This document shows positions 43,530 through 57,590 of a DNA stretch of 64,000 nucleotides, piece after piece; the first letter of the stretch is position 1; each line of letters starts with the position of its first letter. Origin of the DNA: the human T2T-CHM13v2.0 reference genome, Homo sapiens; the NCBI RefSeq assembly GCF_009914755.1, contig NC_060933.1; one strand, given 5' to 3'. The position numbers and the translations under genes were made by a program. The notes below the pieces were generated by a model. It searched no databases, was not told the DNA's origin, and saw only the letters and a program-made list of their open reading frames with translations.

Positions 43530-44535
43530 TTTTGTTTTTGTTTGTTTTAACTGAAAGATAAAATTTTGCTTAGAGTATAAAACAGGATGTTTTAAAGTAT
43601 ATGTATATTGTAAAATGGTTAAATTTAGTAATTAAAAATGCATTACCCCACATGGTTATTATTTGTGTGCTGAGAACAGTTAACATCTACTCTCAAAAGA
43701 TAAAAAGTAGAAATACTATATAATCCAGCAATCCCACTACTGGGTATACAGACAAAATAAAATCAGTATCTGGCCTGGCACCCCTGGGGGCTCATGCCTG
43801 TAATCTCAGCACTTTGGGAGGCCAAAGTGGGTGGATAACTTGAGGTCAGGAGTTCGAGACCAGCCTGGCCAACGTGGTGAAACCTCTCCACTAAAAATAC
43901 AAAAGTTAGCTGGGTGTTGTGGCACACGCTTGTAGTCCCAGCTACTTGGGAGGCTGAGGCAGGAGAGTCGCTTGAACCGGGAGGCGGAAATTGCAGTTGC
44001 AGTGAGCCGAGATCACGCCACAGCTGCACTCCAGTCTGGGCAACAGAGCGAGACTCTGTTTCAAAAAAGAGGTATCTGAATGCCCATGTTCATTCCAACA
44101 CTATTCACAGCAGCCAAAATATGAAATTAATCTAAGTGTCCATCAACAAAAGAATGAATTAAAAATGCAGTATACATACACAATAAAATCTTATTACACC
44201 ATAGGGGGAAAAAAAAGAAGAATAAATTGTGTCGTTTGAGACAATGTGAATGAACTTGGTGGGCATTAGGTTAAGTAAAATTAGCCAGGCACAGAAACAC
44301 AAATATTGGATGATCTCATTTACATGTGGCATCCAGAGAAGCTGATCTCATAGAAGTACAAAGTAAAACAGTGGGTACCAGAGGCTAGAGTGATTGGAGG
44401 AAAAGGTTTGGAAAAAATGTTGATCAAAGGATACATCATTATTAGTTAAATGGGAGGAATAAGTTCAAGAGCTTTATTGTATAACATGGTCCCTATAGTT
44501 AATGACGATGTATTATATTTTTGAAAAACATCGAG
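43530..44535 (-). mobile_element. Short L1MA 3' fragment with 5' inversion (43695-44535 on the + strand)
   Basis: 3' terminus on the minus strand at 43530-43694; the upstream 3'UTR/ORF2 end lies on the plus strand. Confidence 0.8.
43772..44069 (+). mobile_element. AluS (Sz-like)
   Basis: Full Alu; TSD core gtatct. Confidence 0.92.
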
Positions 44536-44702
44536 TCAATTTTGGCTGTGTATGAGCTTCCCTGTGCCCTCCACCCAAGACTATCTGTTCGCATGTATTA
44601 TTAGGATCTCTGTGCGCGTGCACGTGTGTGTGTGTGTCTGTGTGTATGTGTTTGTGTATTAGGACCTTTGTGTGTGTCCTTTCTTATGGTACTTCCTATG
44701 AC

Positions 44703-47700
44703 TTTTTTTTTTTGTATTTCACATTTTCTATTACTATAGCATAGTCATAAATATTTGGGGGATACATGTGATACACATATGCAATGTATATTGATCATAT
44801 CAGGGTCATTGGGATATTACCTCAAACATTTATCATTTGTGATGGAAAATTTACAATTCTTCCATTATTGTTATTTTGAAATACATAATAAATTATTGGT
44901 AACTATGATTTCCTTACCATACTGTAGAATATTAGAACTTGTTCTTTCTAACTGTATTTACCAATTAAACAACTTCTCTTCATATCCCTCCCCCACCTCT
45001 TTTCCTTAACAGCTTCTGATACCACCAATGTACTCTCAACCTCCATAAGATTTACTTTTTTACCTCCTAGATATGAGTGAGAATATGCAATATTTAGGTT
45101 TCTGTGCCTGGCTTATTTTGCTTAACATAATGACCTCCAGTTCCACTCATGTTTCTGTAAATGACAGGATTTCAATATTTCTTATGGCTGAATAATATTC
45201 CACTGTGCATATATGCCACATTTTCTTTATCCATTTGTCTACTGATGGGCACTTAGATTGATTTCCTATTTTGGCTACTGTGCTGCAATAAACCTAAGAG
45301 TGCACATATCTCTTCAATATGATTTTTTTAAATTATTGAAAATGGAATTGCTTTCTTGATTGTTTTCAGATAGATCACTGTTAGCATATAGAAATGCTAC
45401 TTTTTATATTGATTGGGTCTTTTGTAGTTTCATATAAATTTTAAAATTGCTCTTTATTTCCCTGAAGAATGTTATTGGTATTTTAATATAGATTGTATTG
45501 AATTTGTAGATAATTTTGGGTAGTAAATTTTAACAATATTAATTCTTCCACTTCAGGAGAATGGGATAGATTTTCATTTTTTGTGCCCTCTTAAATTTCC
45601 TTCATCAATGTTTTATAATTTTTTAAAATTGTATAAATTGCAAAAATCTTTCACTTCTTTGGTTGAACTGATTCTTAGGTTTTTTTGTAGCTATTGTAAA
45701 CATGATATCTTTCTTGATTTTTTTTTCAGATAGATAACTGTTAGCATATAGAAATGCTACATTTTATATTCATTTTGTATCCTTCAACATTGCTAAATTT
45801 ATCAGTTCTAAGAGTATTTTGGTGGAGTCTTTACGTTTTGCCAAATATAAGATCATATCCTATTCAAAGAAGGATAATTGAACCTCCTGCTTTCTAATTT
45901 GGATGCCTTTTATTTCTTTTTCTTCCCTAATTGCTCTGGCCAGGACTTCGTTGTTGAATAACAATGGTGAAAGTGAGACCATCCTTGTCTTGCAGATTTT
46001 AGTGGAAAGGCTTTCAATTTTTCCCCATTCAGTATATTAGCTTTGGGTTTGTCATACATAGCCTTCATTGTGTTGAGGTCTGTTCCTTCTATACTGTTTG
46101 TTGAGAGTTTTCATTATTAAGGGATATCAAATGTTATATAATGCTTTTCAGCATCAATCGAAATAATTATTTGGTTTTTATTCTTGATTTTGTTGATGTG
46201 ATATGTCACGTTTATTCATTTGCATATGTTGTGCCATCTTTGGATCCCTGCAACGAATCCCACTTGATCAAAGTGAATGATCTTTTAATGTGTCATTGAA
46301 TTCAATTTGCTAGTATTTTTTTTTTTTGGAGGACTTTTGCATCCATGTTTATCAGATATATTGGTTTATTGTTTTATGTTTTTTGTTTGTCAGGTTTTGG
46401 TATCAGGCCGATGGAGGCCTTGTAGAATGAGTTTGGAAGTATTCCTTCCTCTTCAAGTTTTTGACACAGTTTAAGTAGAACTGGTATTAATTATTCTTTA
46501 CCTTTTCAGTAGAATTCGGTAGTAAATTCAGCAGGTGCTTGGCTTTTATTTGATGGGCGACTTCTTGTCATTGCTTCAACCTTGTTACTCATTATTGGTC
46601 AGTTCAGGTTTAATATTTCTTCCTGAATCAATCTTGGTACATTACATGTGTACAGGAATTTATTCATTTCTTCTAAATTTTCTAAATTGCTCATGTATAA
46701 TTATCCATAAGTTTCTAATTGTCTTTGTGAAAGGAGTTATTTAGCTTGCCTTAGGTAGATAGCAAGAGAAGAGTCCCCTGAAAGCTGCCGGCCCACAGGT
46801 CAGTGCCTCACCTCCACATAACATAAAAAGCAGCCTGGGAAAAAAAAATCAGGCTGCGGGCACAAATGAGGCAACTATACAGGGTGTTGTGCCTGGAGAC
46901 ACGCCCACGCCTGCACAGACAGAAAAACCTCCCACCATTTTGGATAAAAACTAGCACGGACCTCTGGCTCACTCAGATAAGGGGACAAGGACTGGCATAG
47001 AAATACCTTTGTCCTTTATACAGTCAGTGGGCTATCAGGAAAGTTTCTTCTCCTTTTGTGGTGATGGGCACAGTGGGCTTCAGTGGGTTCCTATGGCCAT
47101 TCTATTTCCTTTTTTTGGACTGTAAATCAGGCCTCTATGAATCATCACTTCAGCCCCTGATTGGTCCTGGGCCACAGTCCCAGGCCAAGCTTTCACTTCA
47201 GCTCCTGATAGGTCCCGGGCCAAGCTGAGCAGCCTCTGAGTCAAACCTTCTGATTGGTCCTGGGCCAAGGCCCCAGGCCAAGCTTTCACTTCAGCTCCTG
47301 ATAGGTCCCGGGCCAAACTGAGCAGCCACTATCTGAATCCAGCTTTCTGATTGGTCCTGGGCCAACGCCCCAGGCCAAGCTGAGTCCCACATTCTCCAAG
47401 GCAGCCCGCTGACTAAGCACGTTTCTTCCCCTTCCCAGTCCACAAAAATCCTGTACCCCAGCCTCATAGGGGGCACCCCATTTGGGTCCCCTGCTCTGCT
47501 GGCAGAGAGCTTTCTTCTTTCACTTATTAAACTTTCACTCTAACCTCACCTTTGTGTCTGCACTCCTTAATCTTCTTGGAGGTAAAACAAAGAAATTTGG
47601 GTGTTATCTCAGACAAGGCCAAGAGTATTACATCTTGGTGCACTGCTGAGACTACAACATTTGTATATTTGTAGTATCACTTGTAATGTTTCCTTTTTCT

Positions 47701-50700
47701 CTAATTTCATCTGTTTGGGTCTTTCTCTTTTTTTCTTAATTTGTGTAGCCAAAAGTCAACTTTGTTAATCTTTTCAAGAAATCAACATATTTTGCTGAAA
47801 TTTTATATTTTTAATCTCATCTAAAGTCTTTCTAATTTTTTTTGATGTAGGCATTTATAGCTACAAAATTCCTTTTTAGTACCACTGTAGCTGCTGTATG
47901 TCATAGATGCTGGCATGTGTTTTCATATTTTCATATTCATTTGTTTCAATATTTTTTATTTTTTTCCTAATTTATTAATTGACCTATTGGTCATTCAGGA
48001 GCATGTTGTTTAATTTCCATGTGATGGGCATTTTCTAAGGCTCGTCTTTTATTAATTTTTAGTTTTATTCCACTGTAGTCATAAAAGATACTTGATATGG
48101 TTTCTGCTCCTTTTGAATTTGTTGAGAGTTGTTTTGTGAACTAACATATGGTCTATCCCAAAGAAGTTTTCGTGTGCTGATGAAAAAGTGTGTATTCTGT
48201 AGCAATTGCGTGGAACCTTCTGTAAACATGTTGGACCCATTGGTCTAGAGTACAGATAACCCGGATTTTTTTTGTTTTTGTTGATTGTCTGCCTCGATAA
48301 TGTGTCCATCATCTAAAATGAGATGGTAAATTTTCCTACTGTTATTGTATTGCAGTCTATTTCTCCCTTTATATCCATTAATATTTGATTTATATATTTG
48401 GTTGCTCCATTGTTGGGTGTATATATACTTACTACTATTATATCCTATTGGTGAATCTACCCCTTGTTAACGATATAATTACTGTTTTTTGTCTTTGTAT
48501 ACAGTTTTTTTTTAATGCAAAGACTATTTTACGTAAGTATAGCTACCTCTACTGTTTTTTCATTTTCAGTTGTATAGAATATGTTTTCCCATCCTTTCAC
48601 TTTTTCTCTCTAGGTGAAGTGAGTTTCTTTATAAGTGTAGTGAGTTTCCTGTAGACAGCATATAGTTGGGTCTTACTATTAATCAATTCAGCCACTTTTT
48701 ATGTCTTTTAATGAGATAATTTAGCCATTTACACTCAGTGTTATTATTGATAGCTAAGGACTTACTACTGCCACTTTTACTTGTTTTTACTTATTCTGTA
48801 ACTCTTCTCCTTTATCCCTTTCTTATGTGTGTGTATGTGTGTGTTGTTGTTATTTTCTCTGGTAGTATGTTCTAATTTTTTTGCTTTATATTTTTAGTGC
48901 CTCTGCTATAGGTTTTTGCATTGTGGTTACCATGATGCTTAAACAAAACATTATAGAGTTATAACAAGTATTTAAAACTGATGCCATCTCAAATTAGATC
49001 ACAAAAAAAGAAACACAGTAAAAAAAGAAACTATGTATATTAACTCCCTTCTATCCCAATAGTTTGAAATTTTCAGAAACCCTGTCTCTTAAAAAATATT
49101 TTACGTATGATAATGTTTAAATGTCTTGTCTCTCAGTCTTCTTGCTAAAGATGTAATTTATTTAAACACTGTGATGACAATATTAGTATAACAATCACAT
49201 TCACATTCTTTCTTTAGATCTGAGAAAATTCCTTTAGTAGTTCTTGTATTACATGTCTGAAAGCAACAAATTATCTTAGCTTTTCTTTGTCTGGGAAGGT
49301 CTTTTTATATCCTTTATTTCTGAAGGACAGCTATGCTGGGTACAATATTCTTGATGTCCAACACTTTTTCTTCAGTGCTCTGATTATATTGTCTCACTCC
49401 ATCCTAGCCTGCAAGATTTCTACTGAGAAGTTGCCTTGTATGTTATCTGATCCTTTTCTCTTGGCAGCTTTCAGAGTTCTTTCTTTGTCTTTGACATTTG
49501 TGCGTTTGATTATAATATATCTTTGGGTATTCCTATTTGGTTGAATCTGATTGGTGATCTTTGACCTTCCCACACCCAGACATTTATATATTTCACCAGG
49601 TTTGAAAAGTTTTCTGTTATTATTTCTTTGAATAAGCTATCTACCTATTTGTCTTTTTCTGTTACCTCTTTAACTACAGTAATCTGAATATTTACTCTTT
49701 TGATGTTGTCCCATAGATAGTATAAGTTTGCTCATTACTTTTTTTTTCTTTTTCTCCTCTGACTGTGTTTTGAAATAGTTTGTCTTTTAGTTTACTGATT
49801 CTTTCTTCTATTTGATTAATTCAGCTATTGATGTTTTCTATTGCATTTTTTATTTCAATCATTGTATTTTTAGCTCCAAGATTTTTGCTTGATTTTAAAA
49901 ATGTCAGTCTTTTTGTTAAATATCTCTCATTAATTTCTGAACTGATACTCTGTATATTCTTGAAGTTTGTTGAGTTTCCTTAAAACATCTATTTTGATTT
50001 TTTTCTTTGAGACATCACATATTCCTTACTTTAGAATCAGTTTCAGGCACCTTATTTTATCTCTTTGGTGAGATCACATTTTTCTGAATATTCTTGATGC
50101 TTGTGAAAGTGTGATGGTATCTGCACATTGATGAATTAAGTGCTTATTTTAGTCTTCACAATCTGGCTTTATTTGTGCTTATTATTCTTCAGAGAGCCTT
50201 CCAGGGATTTTAAGCCAACTGACAGTTTTGTTCCCCACACATAGGACCACTGCAGCCATGTAAGCCCTAGAGGACACTCTAAGCCCAAACTCACTGTGAG
50301 TCTTTCAATGGTTATAATGCTGATGTGACTTCCTGGCTCAAATGCACTTCAGAAGACCAAGAAGAGTTCTGGGGCTGTGTGGAAATATGGGTCAGGTGCC
50401 TGAGTCCAGAAGACTCTTTCACTTTCCTAGATAGACATGCCTCCTAGAAGTACTTTTCACAGATAGAATGAATTCCTGAATGCAGCTAGACAGGCTGGAC
50501 TCAAGACCAGCCCCCTTCAGGATGTGCTGTGGGAAGGAGGCTGATGGGTCTATCTTATTGTCTCAGATAGGCATGTATCAACCAGCAAGTTCCTGCTCAA
50601 GTAGGGTAGTTCTTTGCAACATAATGTAGTTCTTTGACTGCATATGAGTAAATGTGACCAGGTGTGCATCTCCCGGTAAGTCCCTGCAAAGACAGAATAG

Positions 50701-51050
50701 TTCACTGATTGCAGCAGGGGTGCTGAACCTGAGACTGGGATCCTCAGGATCTTCTGTGGGACAGAGGCTAGAAAGGTTGCTTTGTTGCCCCATACAGTTA
50801 TATGTTTTCCAGCAGGTCTCAGCACAGCTGGGATAGTTCACAAACTACAGACAGAGGGGCCAGAGCAGACACTGGGCCCCCTTGGAATTTGCTGTGTGAT
50901 GGAAGCTGGTGAGCTTGTCAAGAAGCTCATACTCCTGAGCTGTGTTATATATTCAAGTCTCCTTCTGGATCCTTGTGTGAGCAGAAATCTTGTTATTGAG
51001 GGATAAGAACAGGTTACCTTCTATTCGGCCATCTTGATGACATCACTTCC
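44703..51050 (-). mobile_element. Near full-length L1MA (3'UTR to 5'UTR) with ORF2 deletion, interrupted by an ERV1 LTR
   Basis: L1MA 3'UTR, ORF2, endonuclease region (ORF 48079-48312 FSSAHENFFGIDHML), ORF1, 5'UTR ending gccatcttg (YY1-type caagatggc). Confidence 0.85.
46728..47659 (+). mobile_element. ERV1 (MER4-group; LTR38/MER51-like) solo LTR, 932 bp
   Basis: TG...CA termini, perfect 4-bp TSD TTTG (46724-46727 and 47660-47663), ATTAAA at ~47526, internal CCAAT-box tandem repeats. Confidence 0.9.
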
Positions 51051-53467
51051 CTACTTCCCATGACTTTCTATGCCTTTGTTCGCAACAACAAATCAAATTC
51101 AGATATATATAACTAAACCAATGACCGATGTCTAAGTCATGTAGTATGTACTCAAAATATATTTTTTGAAAGAGTGAATGAATAAATTGATTTAAAAAAT
51201 TAATAAAGGGGCTATAATATCACTAAATATTCCAGCAACTCTCCTCATTTAACTTTTTTTATTGACTCCAATAAGGTTTGTGATAAAGTAAAAACTATAG
51301 GTTCATGTGAGAGTGCAATCAACACCTTTTACAACTTTCCCAGTAGGCTACTCTTTAGAACCATATGATGTTACTTTCATTCATTTTCTTTCTGCATTTT
51401 CTTTTTCCAAATGCCATGCTGTTTCTTTATGTATGCTCTCTGGTCTTTCATATATGCTTTCCCTTTGGGGAGAGAAAAAAATAAGATCTGAATCCATTAG
51501 CCATTGGTGAACTTTTACTTACCTTTCATTACAAAATGAGCTCTGGATTTCATTTTATCCTCACAAGAAAGATTCCTTGACCCTTCTAGTGCACTCTTTT
51601 GGTAATTTTCTAACAATAATCACTCTGCATTGCATTTATTTGCTTACAAGTCTATCTTCCTCATAATTCTTGCATTCTAAAAGTACATTAATGTAAATAT
51701 ATGTAATATATACATTATTTTATTACTATATGTATTTGCATAATATTTGATATATAATTTATCTTATAGTTTATATATAAATATATTATAGTGTATACAT
51801 TTATATATTAGTGTGTGTAAATAAGTTCTTTGAATAGCATATATGAATATATATACAATGGCAGAATATGTATATATTACTTTAAATATATTTTAGAGGA
51901 ATACAAGGTAAAAACACATATAGAAGAGAAAGAAGTGGAAATTGAAACTGGGCTACCACAGTTTCTAACACAATAATCCGTTGTGTACAAGAGAAATTTA
52001 ATAAATATTACTTTAAAATGTTTAAAATAAAGAATAAAGGAGTAAATAATAAAAATTGTATGTTGTCCTAAAAGCACTTTTCAAAGCATCTGCATCTATT
52101 GGATATTACTCATTATCTGTTAAACATTTCTTTAATCAAGCCCAGCCCTCACATCAAGGTCAATGTATTTATAGTTTATATATTATGGTAAAGAACATTA
52201 ATTTGAAGTGCAAAGTTTTAATAAAATATCCTTCTTCCTCTTTGCATATAATGCTAACCTACTAGGTCCTATGCAGCCCATAGGATCACTAATTAAAGAA
52301 AGCAGGGCTTCAGTAACCGCCTTATTAGTATCAAAGTTTAATTTTCTCACTTGAAAGTCATTCAAACTGCTTCAGTAGTTATGTTTTTTCCTGCACATCT
52401 CTCTTCTGCTTTGAAATGCTGTTCCCAGGGACTCAAAAAATCAGCCCCTTTGAAATCATTTGGCTGGAGCTAAATAAGTCCTAGTTCCAGTTATATTAAT
52501 GAAGCAGTAAAGAGAAGTGGTCATTTGTGAACTGTGCTAAAGTGTTTGATTGTTTTTGTGTATAGCAGCCTCTAAAATATACACATGGGTAACTGAGAAT
52601 TTGACATACACAACTCAACTTGGTTAGTACTAATAATATGCCTAGGGTCAGTTAACCTGCATGATTTAATTTGCCAGTGAAATTTAAATTTATATATTTA
52701 ATGACTCTCTAAAAGCCATCAAACCAAAAGTTTGTTCATTACAATGTTTGATCCACTGTAGCTTTGTTGTCTTTTAGAGATTCATTTGATTCTAATGACA
52801 CTCACAGTGTTTGTTCTGAATTAGCTCTCTGTGGATTGGATTGCTGTCTTGTCTTCTGTGTATCATCTTACATAAACATTTTGGCCACTTTATTTCTTTT
52901 ATTTGAAAATGACTGCAAGTCATTAGGTGTTTTTGGTGAGTATTTAATTATATTATTATTTTTAAATAATAAGATAAATGCAAAAACTTGGCTGTTTTTA
53001 AAGAACTACCCAACATCTGACCTGTCTGTTTTAGCTTTTCTAGGACTAGTGGTCAGAATTAATCTCACACTTGCCCAAATTTGTATTTCACATTTTCTCT
53101 AGTATGTCATTCTAACAGAAGATTTTTTGTAAGTTATTACAAAAAATGTATGCTATTAGAAAAATATATGTTCTTTGAACTGTAGGGGCATAATGTCTCA
53201 CTTGAATTAACTGTTCAACTCATTATTCTATGTAGGACACCATCATGATTGCTGTGGATTACTCAATGCATCACAGTGAGTTGAACATTGAAAGCTCTAT
53301 GAAGGAGATAGAATAAAGTAAACTTATACTGCCCTGCTATCTCTAACAGGTACAGGCCTTATATAGTCTACATTGGATCATACCAACTACTGACTAAAGG
53401 TTGAACTTTTCTGGTTAAATATCAAAAAATTATTTCAGTTACACACACAAAGAGACATACACACATG

Positions 53468-53785
53468 CAGATGGCCTTCTGTATCTTCAAGTTCTATATC
53501 TGTGAATTCAACCAACCAGAAAGAAAAAAAAACTATTTGAAAAAGAAATACAACAACAAAAATAATGCAAATTTAAAAAATGCTGTATAACCACCAATTA
53601 AATAGCATTTACATTTTCTTAGATATTTTAAGTAGTCTAGATATTATTTAAAGTATATGAAAGATGTGCATAGGCCATATGCAAATACTCTATCATTTTA
53701 TATTAAGGACTTGAACATCCACAGATATTGGTATCTGAAGGGGATTCTGGAACCCAACCATTTTGGATACTTAGGAGCAATTTTA
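53468..53785 (-). mobile_element. MER2 (Tigger-family DNA transposon, MER2B-like)
   Basis: gaattcaaccaacc...aaggacttgaacatccacagatattggtatc...ctggaacc is the reverse complement of MER2. Confidence 0.85.
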
Positions 53786-54349
53786 CACATATTATTCCAA
53801 TGCATAGTCTTATCAACTAATTTACAGGAATCTGTCAATTCACCCTGGCCCTTTACTCATTTGTTTCCATTCTAAGAGTGTTGGACTGAAGGAAGGAAAC
53901 TAAGCAAAATCTGAGTGACTTCAGATTAATAAGGTCAATGCATTATAGGTCTTCATATATATTACAGAAGGAATGGGAAGTGGATCTAAAAATAAATGAT
54001 TGTGAGATTCTCAAAAATTAGGAAAAAAATATTTAAATATTTAAATCAAGCAATAATTTGTTTAGTAATGGAATATATTTAAAAGGTATTACTTTTAATT
54101 TTGATGTAGCTGAAGTTATTTTTCTGCTATCATATTTTAATTAAAAGATATAGGTATTACAGGGAAAACACATGCTCAACTAAGAAAATTTATAAATTGT
54201 TGGAAATTACAATAAACATGCAAAATATTCATATACAACCAATCCATGATGATGCCACCACAAGTAACAATATTAATTTATTGGAGGAGTTTTTGAAATT
54301 TTTGCAGCTTTGACCCTACATAGATGACAGTGCATTACTTATAAGCATG

Positions 54350-54550
54350 ACCTGAATCTATTCAGCATTTATACTTATTGGCTGTGTTTTATTGAGCAAG
54401 TCATTTAACCATTGGACATTTAAAACTGACCTTCTATTTGTAAAATATAGAATATAAATGTGGAAATCTGTGCATAAAAATGAGAATATGCTTAAAATTT
54501 AGCTACTGTAACTATGGCAGTGAATATGATGTTGGTAATGAAGATGATGA
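54350..54550 (+). mobile_element. MIR remnant
   Basis: acttattggctgtgt..ttgagcaagtcatttaacc...tttgtaaaat, MIR core. Confidence 0.5.
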
Positions 54551-54729
54551 TGAGGGTGCATGGTACCCTAAACTAGTGAAATTTGAGGAAAATATGTTAG
54601 AAATAAAGCACATAAAATTGTTCCTGCTAGCGTAAATGAAATGCATGGAATATCTATATAACTAGTGTATTCAGTCATAGATTTGGAAATGAGAATACAT
54701 TAAAATATCTTGGAAAGCAAAACCATTTT

Positions 54730-54860
54730 GAGAAATACCTAATGTAGATGACGGGTTGATGGATGCAACAAACCACCATGGCACATGTATACCTATGTAA
54801 CAAACCTGCATGTTCTGCACATGTATCTCCAAACTTAAAGTATAATAATAAAAAAAAGAA
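54730..54860 (+). mobile_element. L1PA7/8-like 3' terminal fragment
   Basis: gagaaatacctaatgtagatgacgggttgatgg...aacttaaagtataataataaaa. Confidence 0.88.
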
Positions 54861-55423
54861 GGTAGAATGACTTAATGTGTGAAAGAGCTTTTTATTTCTA
54901 ATTAATTAATATTCAATTTCTATTTCAATAATAAAAGTATATTTCTTACAAAAATTCTAGTTTTGTACAAGTAATGATTTATATCATTTGTACACATGAC
55001 TTAAAGCAGCATCTTGGAGTGCAGTGGTTATCACACTCTGTTCCACAAATGGCAGTTTCTTTACTATGGCAGAGGTGCAACATGACTTCATTTGACGGGA
55101 TTGTGAGATGCTATGACTATCTAAGTGAATGTTGAGTTTTCTCTTAATGCTTTAGATTTCATCACAGTTTATTAATTCCTTCTAAGAAAATTACTTTTAA
55201 AAAAAGAAAATCATTTGACGGAGAGAAAAAAGCTAAAAATCGTTGGAGTGAGGAAGAAATATTAGACTTGCTAACAAAATGTATTCTTGTCATTTTTAAA
55301 AGCAACGGTAATATATTAATATTACCTGGTCCCCTTAATGTAGTATCAATACAGGTTAAGAAGGTATAATAAATATATGATACCAACCTTTAAAGAGAAA
55401 GAATTACATGTAATGCCATATGA

Positions 55424-55766
<343 letters not shown>

Positions 55767-56642
55767 TATCAGCTTTTAAAAAATGTGCATAATTATTGCT
55801 CTCTACCTGCATTTCAAAAAGTGTCTGTAATGCAAAAATATAACAGATGTTTTACATAGCTAATTAGTGGCAATGCCCACAGAAAATAAAAATAAAACCC
55901 CAAATCCAAAAATTATAAGTTTTATTTCTTAAACAAAACCTGCAAAGTCTTTGGATGGATGACCTCCATGAACCTTGCAGGGCTCTTCTCCCAACAATGC
56001 TTCAAAGTGTCCCCAATTCTAGCAGTGATACTAAACTGCTTTCCAGGGTATTGTGTTTTCTCTTATCTCTAAATTATGCATAACTAGTTTTCTGTAACTA
56101 GAATGCCACCTTTATTCTACATGCTATTCAACCAACTCACCATATTTAGGTAGCCCCAATTGATGTGCTAGGATGACCTATAGACAGTTTTTCCTTTGAG
56201 TTATATTAGTATCCTGATAATAGCTGTTTATTTAGTTATATTTTATAATTAGCTGATGGTAATGTATAAAGACTATTGGCTTTACTTTAATATCATTTCT
56301 ACCATAAAAGACACCTGGCACATATTATGCAACCTTAATGTTTGTGTGTGTGACTTCTGATACTATTAAGCTTTAAAAATACTATTTCTTAGAATTGGGG
56401 TTATAGGGATATATAATTTTTATCTTGTTATACTCTAAAGAGAGAATAATTTAGGTGTATCTAAGAAGGTTTGGGATTCTATATTCCTCTACTGTGTTTG
56501 AAGGTTGCATTTCAAAGCAATTACAGCAGTCTGTATGCTTGAAAGGGTGAGTGAGTACATTCTAAAATTGTTAATGTAACACACTACGTTCTAAACTGTT
56601 CTCATGTCATAGCTTTTATGACAAAAAGGAGTTTGCACAGAG

Positions 56643-57313
56643 CAATGGTTAGTTTTGCCTGCCTATTTCACTAGGCTATAGTACTCAGTTATTTAATCAA
56701 ACACTAGTCTACGTGTTGATGTGAAAAGTACTTATGGATGTGGTTAACACCTACAATCAGTTGATTCTAAGTACGTTATTCTTGATAAAGTTGGTGGGCT
56801 TCACTGAATCAGTCAAGACACCTTAAAAGCAAAAACTGAGGTTTCCCAAGAAGGAGAACTTCTGTCTCAGGACTGCAGGTTTAAATCCTGCATGAGTTTC
56901 CAGCTTGCAGGCCTGCTGTGAAGATTTTGAACTTTGAGCTTGCCCGCCCCCTCAATTGCATGAAAATATTCCTTAAGTTTATATATATATATATATATGC
57001 ACACATTATTTAAGAGCATATAAAGCATATATATACGTGTGTGTGTGTGTGTGTGCATCTATATCTATCTTTATATATATATCTTTATATATCTATCTTT
57101 ATATATCTATCTTTATATATATCTATCTTTATATATCTATCTTTATATATATATCTTTATATATATATCTTTATATATATATCTTTATATATCTTTATAT
57201 ATATATCTTTATATACATCTTTATATATATATCTTTATATACATATATCTTTATATATATATCTTTATATATATATATATATACTTTTCTCTGGAGAATC
57301 TTAACTGATACAT
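56643..57313 (+). mobile_element. MLT2D-like ERVL solo LTR
   Basis: aggctatagtactcagttatttaatcaaacactagtct...aaaaactgaggtttccc...ctctggagaatcttaactgataca. Confidence 0.8.
57057..57283. repeat. AT-rich minisatellite (ATCTTTATATAT variants)
   Basis: About 13 units of atcttt(at)n. Confidence 0.92.
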
Positions 57314-57449
57314 ACACCATAAAAAATAACAAAGAACGAAACAGAAAAAAAAGTCAACAGGAATCACTGTAAATGTTAATGAAATGCTCATGTTGTAAGT
57401 TTCAGTACAAAGTACTGTAAATGTTAATGTTCTAATAATAACATTAATA

Positions 57450-57590
57450 GAGGTGCTCCTTGACTTATGATGGGACTACGAACACAAGATTCAGGCCCAT
57501 GATAAGTCCAGGAGCATACTGAATGCATTACCAACTTTGAACCATGGTAAAGTTAAGCCAAACTGTTATAAGTCACAGGCAGTCTGTATG
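57450..57590 (+). mobile_element. Tigger4 (Zombi)-like remnant
   Basis: gtgctccttgacttatgatggg...cccatgataagtccaggagcatactgaatgc. Confidence 0.55.

Noticed and set aside
55008-55052. tRNA-Val-like agtgcagtggttatcac
   Set aside because: Only a ~17-nt A-box/D-arm match, with no B box or cloverleaf; at most a decayed SINE head.
55326-55387. Minus-strand 62-nt exon-like unit (ttctctttaaag ... CAG/gtaata)
   Set aside because: It is isolated with no partner exons found, and is plausible by chance in AT-rich DNA.
57037-57372. Three overlapping Ile/Tyr-rich ORFs
   Set aside because: They are an artefact of a stop-free AT minisatellite.
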